Shown: piece by piece, positions 1 to 8,657 of the stretch | Position numbering within the stretch: the stretch's first letter is position 1 | Layout of the letters: each line of letters begins with the position of its first letter | Origin: an uncultured Anaerolineaceae bacterium | GTDB taxonomy: Bacteria > Chloroflexota > Anaerolineae > Anaerolineales > UBA11579 | Assembly (NCBI GenBank): GCA_964371335.1 | Contig: CAYJMC010000001.1 | Coordinates: 14,648 to 78,647, forward strand | DNA length: 64,000 bases | Direction: 5' to 3' | Translations under genes and position numbers: made by a program | Notes under the pieces: generated by a model | Seen by the model: only the letters and a program-made list of their open reading frames with translations | Databases searched by the model: none | Told to the model about the DNA's origin: nothing

Positions 1-293
1 ATAGCTTTGCCGGAAACCATTACTTTGCCCGCCATGCCTTCCCCAGGTCCGATTACATACAATGCTTCTTTGGGTTGCTTCACTGGCACCACCGGACGCA
101 GCTCGTTCCGCTGCGGATCGTATCGATAAATACCTCCAGAATCGGCATCAAGGAATTCCACAACTCCCTTGACGATCGATTCCAGCAGGGGATCGAGTTC
201 CAGCTGGCCCAATAGTTTCAGGCTGATCTCTTGCAGCCTGCGGAGAGTGCGGTGTTGGCGAAAGCCTGATTGTTTAGCGAGTCGCGTTGCCAT
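1..293 (-). CDS. GAF-domain protein, N-terminal part only (gene runs off the left edge)
   Basis: Absent from the ORF track because there is no stop in the window. Reverse-strand ATG at 293-291 is preceded by AAGGTGG. My translation MATRLAKQSGFRQHRTLRRLQEISLKLLGQLELDPLLESIVKGVVEFLDADSGGIYRYDPQRNELRPV... looks like the start of a GAF sensor domain. Confidence 0.5.
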   Translation of the reverse strand, partial: MATRLAKQSGFRQHRTLRRLQEISLKLLGQLELDPLLESIVKGVVEFLDADSGGIYRYDPQRNELRPVVPVKQPKEALYVIGPGEGMAGKVMVSGKA

Positions 294-335
294 TGCCACC
301 TTGTTTATCATTGTAATTCATAGCGAATTCTCTCC

Positions 336-372
336 AAAACAAAAACAGGGCCGAACTCGGCCCTGTTTTTGT
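336..372. terminator. Bidirectional rho-independent terminator
   Basis: Stem CAGGGCCG / CGGCCCTG (346-353 / 358-365), loop AACT. An A-run lies upstream and TTTTT downstream, so it reads as hairpin plus U-tract on both strands. Confidence 0.7.
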
Positions 373-389
373 GTCATCTGGCTGGTTGG

Positions 390-524
390 CTACAACAAGC
401 GCAACACTAACCAAATTATCAGGATGATAAAGATGATCCGCAGCAGGTTGTTGTTGCGGTATCTGCCAATCGGGATCACCCCCAGCAGAAGGAGTATCAA
501 CAAAATCAGTAGCAGAGTGTCCAA
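390..524 (-). CDS. Possible 44-aa hydrophobic membrane peptide (below ORF-track cutoff)
   Basis: TTG start at 524 lies 4 nt after AGGAGGG. Translation: MDTLLLILLILLLLGVIPIGRYRNNNLLRIIFIILIIWLVLRLL. Stop at 392-390, followed by the 346-365 terminator. Confidence 0.35.
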   Translation of the reverse strand: MDTLLLILLILLLLGVIPIGRYRNNNLLRIIFIILIIWLVLRLL

Positions 525-663
525 GAGCCCTCCTGTCTCAGGTTATGCTCAGGTGCAACAGATTGGATTGGGCGCACAAGCGCGTCATTGAGATCTTCTT
601 CTCCGATCGGATTGTTACGAAGCTTAACGCTGATTAAGAGGCGCGTGTTACTAGAACAGCAGG

Positions 664-1398
664 TTATGCGGGCTCGAAGAGGGCATTTAGCTTCTTGACT
701 TGATCCCGGGTCAGGCGGCTTTTCTCGTCTGCCTTCAGCAAGATCTGCTTGAGCTTCTTGATGCCAGCGGTGGGAATAGGCGCATTGCCGGCGCCTTCGA
801 CCTCAGTCGACTCGTCGACGAAAACTAAAGCAGCCTGCACCCGCAGGGTCCCCCCTGAGCGGAGCGAAGGGTCATCGTCATCTTTCCAGTGTTTCTGAAG
901 GAACCGGTCCAGCGCCTCGGCCTCCATCGAGGCGTCCGCGATGGGGCGGCCAATGGGTTCCTGTCCGAAGCGGGCCAGGAAGCCTTTCGTTTTCAATCTC
1001 CAGCGCTGCCTGTGTTTATCGAAGGTAACGGTGCCGCGGGCTTGCCGCGGAAGCAGGATCCAGATTCCGGAAGGCCCCAGCAACATGTGAGATACCGGGG
1101 TGGTGTAATGGTATAGCGAGTAGCTGTCGTCCACGGATTTAAGTGCCTGGTTCAGTGCCAGATCCGGGCGGCGATTCCAGCGTCCAAAATAGACGCCAAT
1201 CTGCATACAGGTGATCCCCGCCAGCAGGAATAGGAGATAAAGCCCTAGTCGAGTGCCGCTGAACAATACGTAAACCGAGGCCACCAGAAATAACATTCCT
1301 ACGATGTTGGCGCCAAATGCCAAACGCGTGTTTCGCCTGTAGAGTTTTTCGTTGGTGAAGATGCGCATGTTTATCCTTTGATTACTGGTAATACTCAT
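664..1398 (-). CDS. Membrane protein with NERD-like (nuclease-related) domain
   Basis: Two N-terminal TM helices, then YSLYHYTTPVSHMLLGPSGIWILLPRQARG, which resembles the NERD core. Overlaps the upstream RAYT-like gene by 17 nt. Confidence 0.45.
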   Translation of the reverse strand: MSITSNQRINMRIFTNEKLYRRNTRLAFGANIVGMLFLVASVYVLFSGTRLGLYLLFLLAGITCMQIGVYFGRWNRRPDLALNQALKSVDDSYSLYHYTTPVSHMLLGPSGIWILLPRQARGTVTFDKHRQRWRLKTKGFLARFGQEPIGRPIADASMEAEALDRFLQKHWKDDDDPSLRSGGTLRVQAALVFVDESTEVEGAGNAPIPTAGIKKLKQILLKADEKSRLTRDQVKKLNALFEPA

Positions 1399-1897
1399 CT
1401 AATGCCCACTTAAGTGGGTTATTCAAGACATACGCACTGTGTAGATAAAGATCTTCATTACGAATGACATGTTCATGATAGCCCCGCTGCCAGAATGGTT
1501 TAGATACTCTTAATCGTTTGTTCATTTCGCGCGCTGAAAACGATTTGAATGCACGGATTAATTCCGGCAGACTCGGGTTTGTGATTGGCAATGTAGAGGA
1601 GGGCCTTGGATCCTCCCCTACAGTTTCTGATAGGAAGTCCTTGCTAAGGAGCCAAACGATCCCGTGAAAGTGGTTAGGCATTACGATAAATTCATCGAGT
1701 TTGATATTGCTATAGTGATTGACTAAATCGGCCCAAACCCGGTTTGCCAATTCACCAACTCCAGACAACTTAATGATTTTAGCTGGGCTTGGGCGACGAT
1801 CTTTTGTGCATAGGGTAACGAAATATGCACCGGGGGTTGAGTAATCGGACTCGGTAGGGCGCCGGGGTTTACGCCGTTGGGCCTGTCGGATATTCAT
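1382..1897 (-). CDS. REP-associated tyrosine transposase (RAYT) / IS200-like Y1 HUH protein
   Basis: HUH motif in PNHFHGIVWL. C-terminal FWQRGYHEHVIRNE...YVLNNPLKW carries the catalytic Tyr region typical of COG1943/RayT. Confidence 0.8.
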   Translation of the reverse strand: MNIRQAQRRKPRRPTESDYSTPGAYFVTLCTKDRRPSPAKIIKLSGVGELANRVWADLVNHYSNIKLDEFIVMPNHFHGIVWLLSKDFLSETVGEDPRPSSTLPITNPSLPELIRAFKSFSAREMNKRLRVSKPFWQRGYHEHVIRNEDLYLHSAYVLNNPLKWALDEYYQ

Positions 1898-1910
1898 TTA
1901 AACTGTTGTT

Positions 1911-2909
1911 TTAGTCAAATTGACCGAATCCCTGCTCGATAGCTGTTCGCAACGAATCGAGCAGCCCTACCTCGACAGAAAGCCGGGCCGCCTTAACCGC
2001 GGAGACCAGTGCCCGCGAATCTGAGCGTCCGTGGGCAACGAAGACTAGTCCGTTCAATCCCAGCAAGGGCGCGGCACCCACTTCGCGAGGGTCCAGGTCT
2101 TTGCGTAATTCGGCAAAGGCCGGCTTGGCTAAGAGAGCGCCTGCCTTTGTGCGCCACGACGCCATCAATTCCTCCCGCAGTCGGTCAGTGATGAATTTAG
2201 CCAGTGCCTCGCTGCCCTTCATCAGTACGTTGCCGGTGAACCCATCGGTCACCACCACGTCTACGTTGCCGCCGAAAATCTCTTTGCCCTCGATGTTGCC
2301 GACGAAATTCAGACCGCTGGCGGCCAGGAGGGGATAGGTGGCGCGCACTAATTCGTTGCCTTTGCCTTCCTCTTCACCATTGGATAGCAGCCCCACCCGC
2401 GGATTATTCACGCCCAAAACTTTTTCCGCGTAAGCAGAGCCCATAAGGGCGAACTGTAGCAAATATTCCGGTTTGCATTCGGCGTTGGCGCCCATGTCCA
2501 GCGCCACGCAGCGGCCGCCCTGCACGGGAAACAACACGGTGAGCGCGGGACGCTTGAGGCCGCGCAAGCGCCCAAGCCGGGCCAGGGCGATGCCCATGAT
2601 GCCGCCTGTGTTGCCCGCGCTGACGAACGCTTCCGCTTTACCATCTTTGATCAGATCGATGCCGACCCCCATGGAATTCTGCGCCCGGCGCAGGGCGCCA
2701 TGTTTGGAAATGTGCTCGTCCATGGCGAACACGTCCGGCGCGTGCACCAGTTCCAACCCAGGGGCGCGATCGCCGATTTCTTCCTTAAGTTGCTGCCGGT
2801 CGCCGACCAGGATCAGGCCAGGGCCGAATTCTCGCGTGATCTCAATAGCAGCATCAATTTCGGGTTGCGGATGCTGGTCGCTGCCCATTGCGTCGAGCAC
2901 GATGTGCAT
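1911..2909 (-). CDS. plsX: Phosphate acyltransferase PlsX
   Basis: Full-length similarity pattern: MHIVLDAMGSD..., SAGNTGG, VVTDGFTGNV. Confidence 0.92.
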   Translation of the reverse strand: MHIVLDAMGSDQHPQPEIDAAIEITREFGPGLILVGDRQQLKEEIGDRAPGLELVHAPDVFAMDEHISKHGALRRAQNSMGVGIDLIKDGKAEAFVSAGNTGGIMGIALARLGRLRGLKRPALTVLFPVQGGRCVALDMGANAECKPEYLLQFALMGSAYAEKVLGVNNPRVGLLSNGEEEGKGNELVRATYPLLAASGLNFVGNIEGKEIFGGNVDVVVTDGFTGNVLMKGSEALAKFITDRLREELMASWRTKAGALLAKPAFAELRKDLDPREVGAAPLLGLNGLVFVAHGRSDSRALVSAVKAARLSVEVGLLDSLRTAIEQGFGQFD

Positions 2910-3012
2910 TCATTCCTCCGGGTTAAACGAGGCTATTGTAAATCCTTATCAGGGGTAGAACGCCAGATTTTTATAGAATGAGATCGACCATCGAGCTCTC
3001 TCATCCCCCTGC

Positions 3013-3040
3013 TTGACTTGCGTATTTCGGGCATTATAAT
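3013..3040 (+). promoter_or_regulatory. Sigma70-type promoter for tRNA-Leu
   Basis: TTGACT (3013-3018), 16-nt spacer, TATAAT (3035-3040). The tRNA 5' end lies 10 nt downstream. Confidence 0.65.
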
Positions 3041-3049
3041 TTACGACCC

Positions 3050-3131
3050 GCGCTGGTGCTGGAACTGGTAGACAGGCATGGTTGAGGGCCATGTGCCGCA
3101 AGGCGTGTGGGTTCGATTCCCACCCAGCGCA
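3050..3131 (+). tRNA. tRNA-Leu (anticodon GAG)
   Basis: Acceptor GCGCTGG/CCAGCGC. Anticodon stem CATGG/CCATG with loop TTGAGGG. Long variable arm. T-arm GTGGG-TTCGATT-CCCAC. No encoded CCA. Confidence 0.9.
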
Positions 3132-3135
3132 TGAA

Positions 3136-3170
3136 CAAAAACCGCAAAGTTGGACGTTGCGGTTTTTGTT
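3136..3170. terminator. Bidirectional terminator after tRNA-Leu / DUF1573 operon
   Basis: AAAAACCGCAA...TTGCGGTTTTT: 7-bp GC core extended by A:T pairs, with U-tracts on both strands. Confidence 0.7.
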
Positions 3171-3221
3171 GCCTTGAAACAAAGTTGTTCACCTGTGTGC
3201 TTTTCTAATTGTGATGAATGT

Positions 3222-3629
3222 TTAGTTTTCTCCGCGAATTACGTTCGCAGTAAATTGGATGCGTAACTCTGGTTGCTCGGGGTCATTGGAGGCAATGAAA
3301 ACTTGGCGTGAGTAGAACTCCGCCACATCTCCATGAGCGCCGCCATCGAAGGAAATATGCAATGTAGTGTTTCCTCCTGCAGGAATTTGCTGCTCATCGA
3401 GCTCCGCGGTTGTGCAGCCACACGAAGTGGAAACGCTTTCGATCACCAGGGTGGCGGTTCCGGTGTTGCTCAACGTCAAGTCGCGCTGGACGATCTCCCC
3501 AATGCTCACATCGCCAAAATCGAACTCGACGGTGTCGACTGATATCTGCGGCCGTCCAGATGAGCAAGCCGTCAATAGGGTGGCGAGGACAAACAGCAGG
3601 TAAAGTGCTCGCGGCAGTTCCCTGCTCAT
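3222..3629 (-). CDS. DUF1573-family lipoprotein
   Basis: Lipobox LLTAC. FDFGDV...L.NTG...L.I..V.TSCGCT pattern of DUF1573. Confidence 0.7.
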   Translation of the reverse strand: MSRELPRALYLLFVLATLLTACSSGRPQISVDTVEFDFGDVSIGEIVQRDLTLSNTGTATLVIESVSTSCGCTTAELDEQQIPAGGNTTLHISFDGGAHGDVAEFYSRQVFIASNDPEQPELRIQFTANVIRGEN

Positions 3630-3934
3630 TATGCCTGCGCAATTAGGGTGGCAGAATAATTGTGATGGCCGTCATTTCCAGCGGCGCTGACCGCCGCAAC
3701 CAGCGCTTCGACGCTGGCTCTGCCTGCGTCATAGGCCACGTGGGCGCTATGAGTTTGCAAATCCACTGTCACCTCCAGCACACCTTTCTGCTGCAGCAGG
3801 GAGTTGTGTACGCGGTTGGCGCAGTTTTGGCACCCCATGCCGCTGATCCGGAGCTCGGCCTTGGCATATTCGGTAACCGAACTTTTATTGACTAATTTTG
3901 TGGCCGCCTCGACGTGGCAATTCGTGTGATCCAT
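3629..3934 (-). CDS. Heavy-metal-associated (HMA, CopZ-like) domain protein
   Basis: GMGCQNC metal-binding loop in a beta-alpha-beta-beta-alpha-beta sized domain. 1-nt overlap with the downstream gene. Confidence 0.7.
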   Translation of the reverse strand: MDHTNCHVEAATKLVNKSSVTEYAKAELRISGMGCQNCANRVHNSLLQQKGVLEVTVDLQTHSAHVAYDAGRASVEALVAAVSAAGNDGHHNYSATLIAQA

Positions 3935-3949
3935 GGATTCTCCTTTTAG

Positions 3950-4552
3950 TTAGGGCGTTGTGCTTACGTTTGCTTGCGTCCAAATTTCGGTTTGAGGATT
4001 GGCAGGGTCATTGCTCTCGATGATGAGACCACGACGAACAATCTGGCCCCGCGCGTCATGGTAACCCGCGTCGAACGTCAGGGTCACGATGGCGATCTTG
4101 CCCGGTGGGATGACGCTGGCCGTGAAATCCGCCGTTGTACAGGCGCACGTGGTGTACGCTCGGCTAATGGTGAGTGGCGCCTCTCCTTCATTAGCGATCA
4201 CAAATTCGTGTTTGACCACCTCGGTGGCCCCAACTTGTTTGAAATCGAAGTAGTCTTGCTCGATCACGATTTTCGGTTGCGGACCGCCCTCGGGCAGGAA
4301 GGGAATATATCCTGTCGCAGGCGCTGTCATTTCATGCCCAGCCTGCAATGGTTGGTCATAGACGACTAGACTGGGGTCGTATTCAACGAAGTGGTCCGCG
4401 GGTTGGGAGGCGGCGACATTGGAAAGTATCAGGCCGCCCAAAATCAAGATGGCGATCAACGAACCAATCATGAGTTTAACTGTACTTATTTTCTGGTGTC
4501 GTTGCGCACGTTGCTGTGCTGCTTCCCTAAGCCTGTGGCTGGAAAATGACAT
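3950..4552 (-). CDS. DUF1573-family membrane-anchored protein
   Basis: N-terminal TM anchor, then FDFKQV...ANEGEAPLTISRAYTTCACTT, a paralog of 3222-3629. Confidence 0.65.
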   Translation of the reverse strand: MSFSSHRLREAAQQRAQRHQKISTVKLMIGSLIAILILGGLILSNVAASQPADHFVEYDPSLVVYDQPLQAGHEMTAPATGYIPFLPEGGPQPKIVIEQDYFDFKQVGATEVVKHEFVIANEGEAPLTISRAYTTCACTTADFTASVIPPGKIAIVTLTFDAGYHDARGQIVRRGLIIESNDPANPQTEIWTQANVSTTP

Positions 4553-4571
4553 GCTTACCTCCTTATTCCTT

Positions 4572-5843
4572 TCATACCATCCAAAACAGGATGACCAGAC
4601 CGAGCGCGATCATGATGAGGCCATACCACAGCCGGATGTGGGCTGAATGGTCTCGCTCCCATTGAGCCCAGGCTTTTGCCGCCGTCCGGTTGCCAATGGC
4701 GATGAGAATCAGTAACAGCGGGAACACGAATAGGATGTTGTAGAGCAACAAATAGGCGAGGCCCCAGGCGGCGGTAGTCTGTGCGTTGAGTAACGTAAGG
4801 ATGGATACGTAAATCCCGCCCGAGCATGGAAAGGTGCACAAGCCGACAAGGAAACCCGCTGTCATCGTGGCCGGCAATGACGCCTGGCCAATCAATTGGT
4901 GCGTGCGATGGTGTGCCCAGTCGGGCATATGCAGCTTGATCGGGAATTGGGGAAAGAAGTATTCGAGCAGGTTGACAGCTCCCAACAGGATCAGGATCCA
5001 GGTTCCCACCCGCGCCACAAAATGTGGCTCGGTGGAAAACTGAATTGCCCGCAGCAGGCCAAGTCCAATAGCGAAGTAAACGACAAAGATCATCGCGATA
5101 TAGACCAAACCTAGTTGCCAGACCCTGGCACGCGATTGGCGCAGCGTAAAGAGGAACGCCACCAGCAGCAATATCACCGCGAATGCGCAGGGATTTACTG
5201 AATCGATCAAGCCAGTGATGATGACCGCAGGGAGCAATTGGGGTAGGTTGGCTTGATCGATGGGCAGGGGTCCGGCAGCTTCTAGCGCCTGGCTTAGGCT
5301 ACCTTGCAGCGGAGCGTCGATAGGGAAGGTCAGGATTTCTCCCGTCCAGGCCCAAAGGCGGTATTCGGTGGGGGCAGCATGCATTTCTGGCTGCCAGAGC
5401 ACCAGACGGCTTGGAATCTCATCGAGTTCAAGCAATTCAGATATCAGCTTAGCGGGCACATGACCTAGCAACACCAGGGTACCTGTCTGGGTGGGCACGA
5501 AGGCATACAACGAATCCGCTATTGAGCGTGGCAACCCGATTTCGTCAGCTAGGTCGAGTAAATGAGTGCGGTGCTCAGGGATGGTGTAATCGTGAATGAC
5601 GGTTTCTTGCGCTAATCCGTAATTTTGTAAATTCGGCGTGAGCGTATCCTTTACATAAGGCCAGCAATCAGCGCACCCGGCGCTGAAAAAGATCTGCGCT
5701 GTTTCCGTACCGTTGGCCTGGGCAATCTCTGCCATAGGTTGGCCGTTGGCCACCAACAGCAGTACACCGACAATGGCGATGCCGATGAACCAGCTGACAT
5801 TAGCAAAAAGGAAATCTTTGATTTTATTCAAGGTTGCAGACAA
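4572..5843 (-). CDS. CcdA/DsbD-type thiol-disulfide transporter fused to an N-terminal periplasmic CxxC domain (DUF411/CopG-like by memory)
   Basis: N-domain has SAGCADCWPY and LLGHVPAKLISELLE. The membrane half has DSVNPCAF...TFPCSGG, the two Cys-bearing half-repeats of the DsbD/CcdA family. Confidence 0.65.
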   Translation of the reverse strand: MSATLNKIKDFLFANVSWFIGIAIVGVLLLVANGQPMAEIAQANGTETAQIFFSAGCADCWPYVKDTLTPNLQNYGLAQETVIHDYTIPEHRTHLLDLADEIGLPRSIADSLYAFVPTQTGTLVLLGHVPAKLISELLELDEIPSRLVLWQPEMHAAPTEYRLWAWTGEILTFPIDAPLQGSLSQALEAAGPLPIDQANLPQLLPAVIITGLIDSVNPCAFAVILLLVAFLFTLRQSRARVWQLGLVYIAMIFVVYFAIGLGLLRAIQFSTEPHFVARVGTWILILLGAVNLLEYFFPQFPIKLHMPDWAHHRTHQLIGQASLPATMTAGFLVGLCTFPCSGGIYVSILTLLNAQTTAAWGLAYLLLYNILFVFPLLLILIAIGNRTAAKAWAQWERDHSAHIRLWYGLIMIALGLVILFWMV

Positions 5844-6061
5844 AAACTGCCTTCAGGCGCTTGGACCGGTTTCAGTAAAACTCGGTGATTTGGAGGAAAT
5901 TTAACTGGAACCCTCCTCTAGTTTGAGGGGCAGATGTCCCTAATAGGGTAGACATTTGACCCGCCCTAGGGGGGAGGGGTAAGAAAGTGAATATTTGTTG
6001 TTCTGGTTGCCCACAGGCTTGCCACCGGATGCGCAATGTCAACGGACGTATAATGACTTGC

Positions 6062-7597
6062 ATGGCAAAGCTGGTTAATGTCACTGAAATGCGCGCAGTA
6101 GAGAAAGCGGCGGATAAGTCCGGCTTGACCTATGCGAAGATGATGCAAAACGCTGGCACCTCACTTGCCCAAGCTATTATTGCGCATAGCCGCAACCTCG
6201 AAAAAACTGTACTGGGATTGGTTGGTCCGGGAAACAATGGAGGCGACACTTTGGTTGCCCTTGAATTTCTTGCCAAGCAAGGATGGAAGGCAGCCGCCTT
6301 GCTGGTAAAACGAGGTCCGGAAGAAAAATATGTCAAACGAGCCAGGAAGGCCGGAGTTAGCATTTTTCTCAACGATAAGACGGGCAGTAAATTAGCCAAA
6401 CGGATATCCAGACATGCCGTACTTCTAGACGGACTGCTCGGCACCGGGATCCGACTGCCACTACACGAGCCATTTGACACGGTGCTCGGCTGGGTGAAAG
6501 AAATTGTCGGCAGCCTGGAGGAACCTCCGCACGTTGTTGCTGTCGATTGCCCATCCGGGATGGATACTGATACCGGAGAGGTTCCACCCGAACTACTAAT
6601 TGCTGACCTCACAGTGAGCATGGCGGCTGTAAAGCGGGGCATGCTAAGGCTGCCTGCATTCGGATACCTTGGTAAGCTCGTTGTCGGTGACATTGGCCTG
6701 CCTGCTGACCTGCCTGAGTGGGACAGCATCCAAAGCTACGCTATTGACGAAGCCATGGCTCGTGCGGCATTGCCGCTGCGCCCTCTGGACGCTCACAAGG
6801 GAACTTTTGGGACCGCACTAATCGTGGCAGGTTCCCAACGCTTTCCCGGTGCGTCGCTGTTGGCAGGTGAGGCCGCATACCGCAGCGGCGCCGGCCTGGT
6901 CAGCATCGCCACTCCTGAATCGATTCAACCGGCGCTGGCTGGGTATTTGCGGGAAGCCATCTGGCTGCCTCTTCCCGCGGAGTCCGGGTGGCTTAGTGAG
7001 GCCGCTGCAGATGTGGTGAAGCCCGCTCTGGAACGTACGACCGCGTTGTTGATAGGGCCTGGTTTTGGGCAAGAGCAATCAACCTGCCGATTCGTTGACG
7101 CGTTGCTGAAAATGAAATTGCCACCTCTGGTGGTAGATGCCGATGCTCTCAAATTGCTGGCTCGACTCGAGGATTGGCCGCGGCGATTGCCGCCAGATTC
7201 GGTGCTTACTCCGCATCCGGGTGAAATGGCCGTCTTGACAGGCTTGGCTACCGAGGAAATTCAGGCTTCCCGTCTCGAGACCGCCGAGAAATTCTCCCAC
7301 CAATGGAATGCGGTTCTCGTGCTCAAAGGCGCCTTCACTGTGGTGGCCGCGCCCGATGGATGCATTGCCACCATGCCCCTCGCCAGTCCAGCGCTGGCGC
7401 GCGCAGGCACCGGAGACGTCCTTGCGGGCTTGATCACGGGACTGCGCACCCAAGGAATATCCGCCTTTGAGGCGGCTTGTGCCGCCGTTTGGTTGCATGG
7501 GCAAGCTGGCTTGCGCGCAGCCGCGCGCTTGGGTGGGACCGCAGGGATCTTGGCTGGCGATCTGATAACGGAGCTGCCAGGATTAATCGGCAAATAA
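6062..7597 (+). CDS. nnr: Bifunctional NAD(P)H-hydrate repair enzyme (epimerase + ADP-dependent dehydratase)
   Basis: YjeF_N pattern GPGNNGGD and carbohydrate-kinase C-half GPGxG...GTGDVLAG. I prefer the ATG at 6062 (MAKLVNVTEMRAVEK) over the ORF-track start at 5987. Confidence 0.88.
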   Translation: MAKLVNVTEMRAVEKAADKSGLTYAKMMQNAGTSLAQAIIAHSRNLEKTVLGLVGPGNNGGDTLVALEFLAKQGWKAAALLVKRGPEEKYVKRARKAGVSIFLNDKTGSKLAKRISRHAVLLDGLLGTGIRLPLHEPFDTVLGWVKEIVGSLEEPPHVVAVDCPSGMDTDTGEVPPELLIADLTVSMAAVKRGMLRLPAFGYLGKLVVGDIGLPADLPEWDSIQSYAIDEAMARAALPLRPLDAHKGTFGTALIVAGSQRFPGASLLAGEAAYRSGAGLVSIATPESIQPALAGYLREAIWLPLPAESGWLSEAAADVVKPALERTTALLIGPGFGQEQSTCRFVDALLKMKLPPLVVDADALKLLARLEDWPRRLPPDSVLTPHPGEMAVLTGLATEEIQASRLETAEKFSHQWNAVLVLKGAFTVVAAPDGCIATMPLASPALARAGTGDVLAGLITGLRTQGISAFEAACAAVWLHGQAGLRAAARLGGTAGILAGDLITELPGLIGK

Positions 7598-7634
7598 AAA
7601 AGGACTGGCTTGTGCACAAGCCAGTCCTTTTTTA
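7596..7634. terminator. Bidirectional terminator between convergent nnr and ytxH-like gene
   Basis: Perfect 12-bp stem AGGACTGGCTTG / CAAGCCAGTCCT, loop TGCA, flanked by AAAAA and TTTTTT. Confidence 0.85.
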
Positions 7635-8096
7635 TTAGCTCTTCTTGCCGCCGTCGGCTTCCCGGCCGCCACGGGGTTTCTTGGCAGCCTCGACGACTGC
7701 TTCGCCGCGCAGACGAACATCTTCGGCAATGGCCTCGCCGCGGGTACGCAACTCTTCAGCTCGACCGCGCAGTTCGCCGCTCAGTTCGCGGGCTTCCTTG
7801 GTAAGTTCGGTGGCGCGTTCGCGGGCCAGCTTGGTAAGCTCATCGGCACGCTGGCGAGCTTCCGCGGCTGCCTCCTCCAGGCTTTCCACGGTGCGATCAC
7901 GCAGCTCGATTCCCTTCTCGCGGATCAACTTGCGGGTTTCCTCGCCGGAGGCTGGCGCCATCAGCAAGGCTACCGCCGCGCCGATCAGGCCGCCCATTAA
8001 AAAGCCGGCAAAATAGGATCCAAAATCTCCACCATTTCTGTCAGACATAGCTTTCTCCTTATATTCCAATTCCATTATATCGTCTATCGTTTCCAA
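7635..8096 (-). CDS. YtxH-domain protein
   Basis: GGLIGAAVALLMAPASGEETR signature followed by a long charged helical tail. Confidence 0.7.
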   Translation of the reverse strand: METIDDIMELEYKEKAMSDRNGGDFGSYFAGFLMGGLIGAAVALLMAPASGEETRKLIREKGIELRDRTVESLEEAAAEARQRADELTKLARERATELTKEARELSGELRGRAEELRTRGEAIAEDVRLRGEAVVEAAKKPRGGREADGGKKS

Positions 8097-8527
8097 AATC
8101 GCAATAATTCCAGTGCTCGGCGTGCCGCCGCCGCCCCGGCATTTACTTTAACGATGGGACTGACCAGCTTATCACTCAGGAAGCGGGCTGTACCGCGCAT
8201 GGTGTTTGCGGCTTCGCTGGCGGAATCCAGGATGGGGCGCACTTCGTTGTTCAACAGGTTAACCAGCCGAGCCAGCTGAATGACAAGGATAACCAATGCA
8301 ACGCCAATAATCATGAACTCAAACGCCACTAAGATGATGAAGACGTCCCGAAGTGTTTCGGTGGGTGCGCCCGGCTGGATGAGCCAAAGGATGGCAGCCA
8401 CCGCGCCGACCACCAAAAGTACGGCCAGAACGGCGATGAAAATGCCCAACCCGCGCGAAGAATCCTTCTTAGCAGGCTCAATTCCTTCTGCCCTGGCTGC
8501 GCGTTCTATGCGGTCGTCGTTGCTCAA
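8084..8527 (-). CDS. DUF948-like membrane protein
   Basis: Two TM helices, then a helical C-terminus. The pairing with a YtxH gene is a common arrangement. 13-nt overlap with the next gene. Confidence 0.4.
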   Translation of the reverse strand: MSNDDRIERAARAEGIEPAKKDSSRGLGIFIAVLAVLLVVGAVAAILWLIQPGAPTETLRDVFIILVAFEFMIIGVALVILVIQLARLVNLLNNEVRPILDSASEAANTMRGTARFLSDKLVSPIVKVNAGAAAARRALELLRFWKR

Positions 8528-8657
8528 GTATCCGCCTTTCAGTTCATTATACCTAAGCCTTACATTTTTTTATCGGGGACCAATTTCGACAATAAGCATT
8601 ATAAAGAATGAGCGCAACCTTTAAGAGTTGCGCTCCAATTTTGGGGGAAATTGTTCG

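Noticed and set aside
169-591. 140-aa plus-strand ORF at the left edge.
   Set aside because: It runs antisense to the GAF-protein N-terminus, straight through a bidirectional terminator, and antisense to the small membrane ORF. There is no RBS.
6049-6062. TATAAT lies 7 nt before the nnr ATG, which would suggest a leaderless mRNA. A similar ATAATT/TATAAT palindrome lies between prfB and the HD-GYP gene at 29061-29068.
   Set aside because: There is no acceptable -35 or extended -10 at the right spacing. A single hexamer is insufficient evidence.
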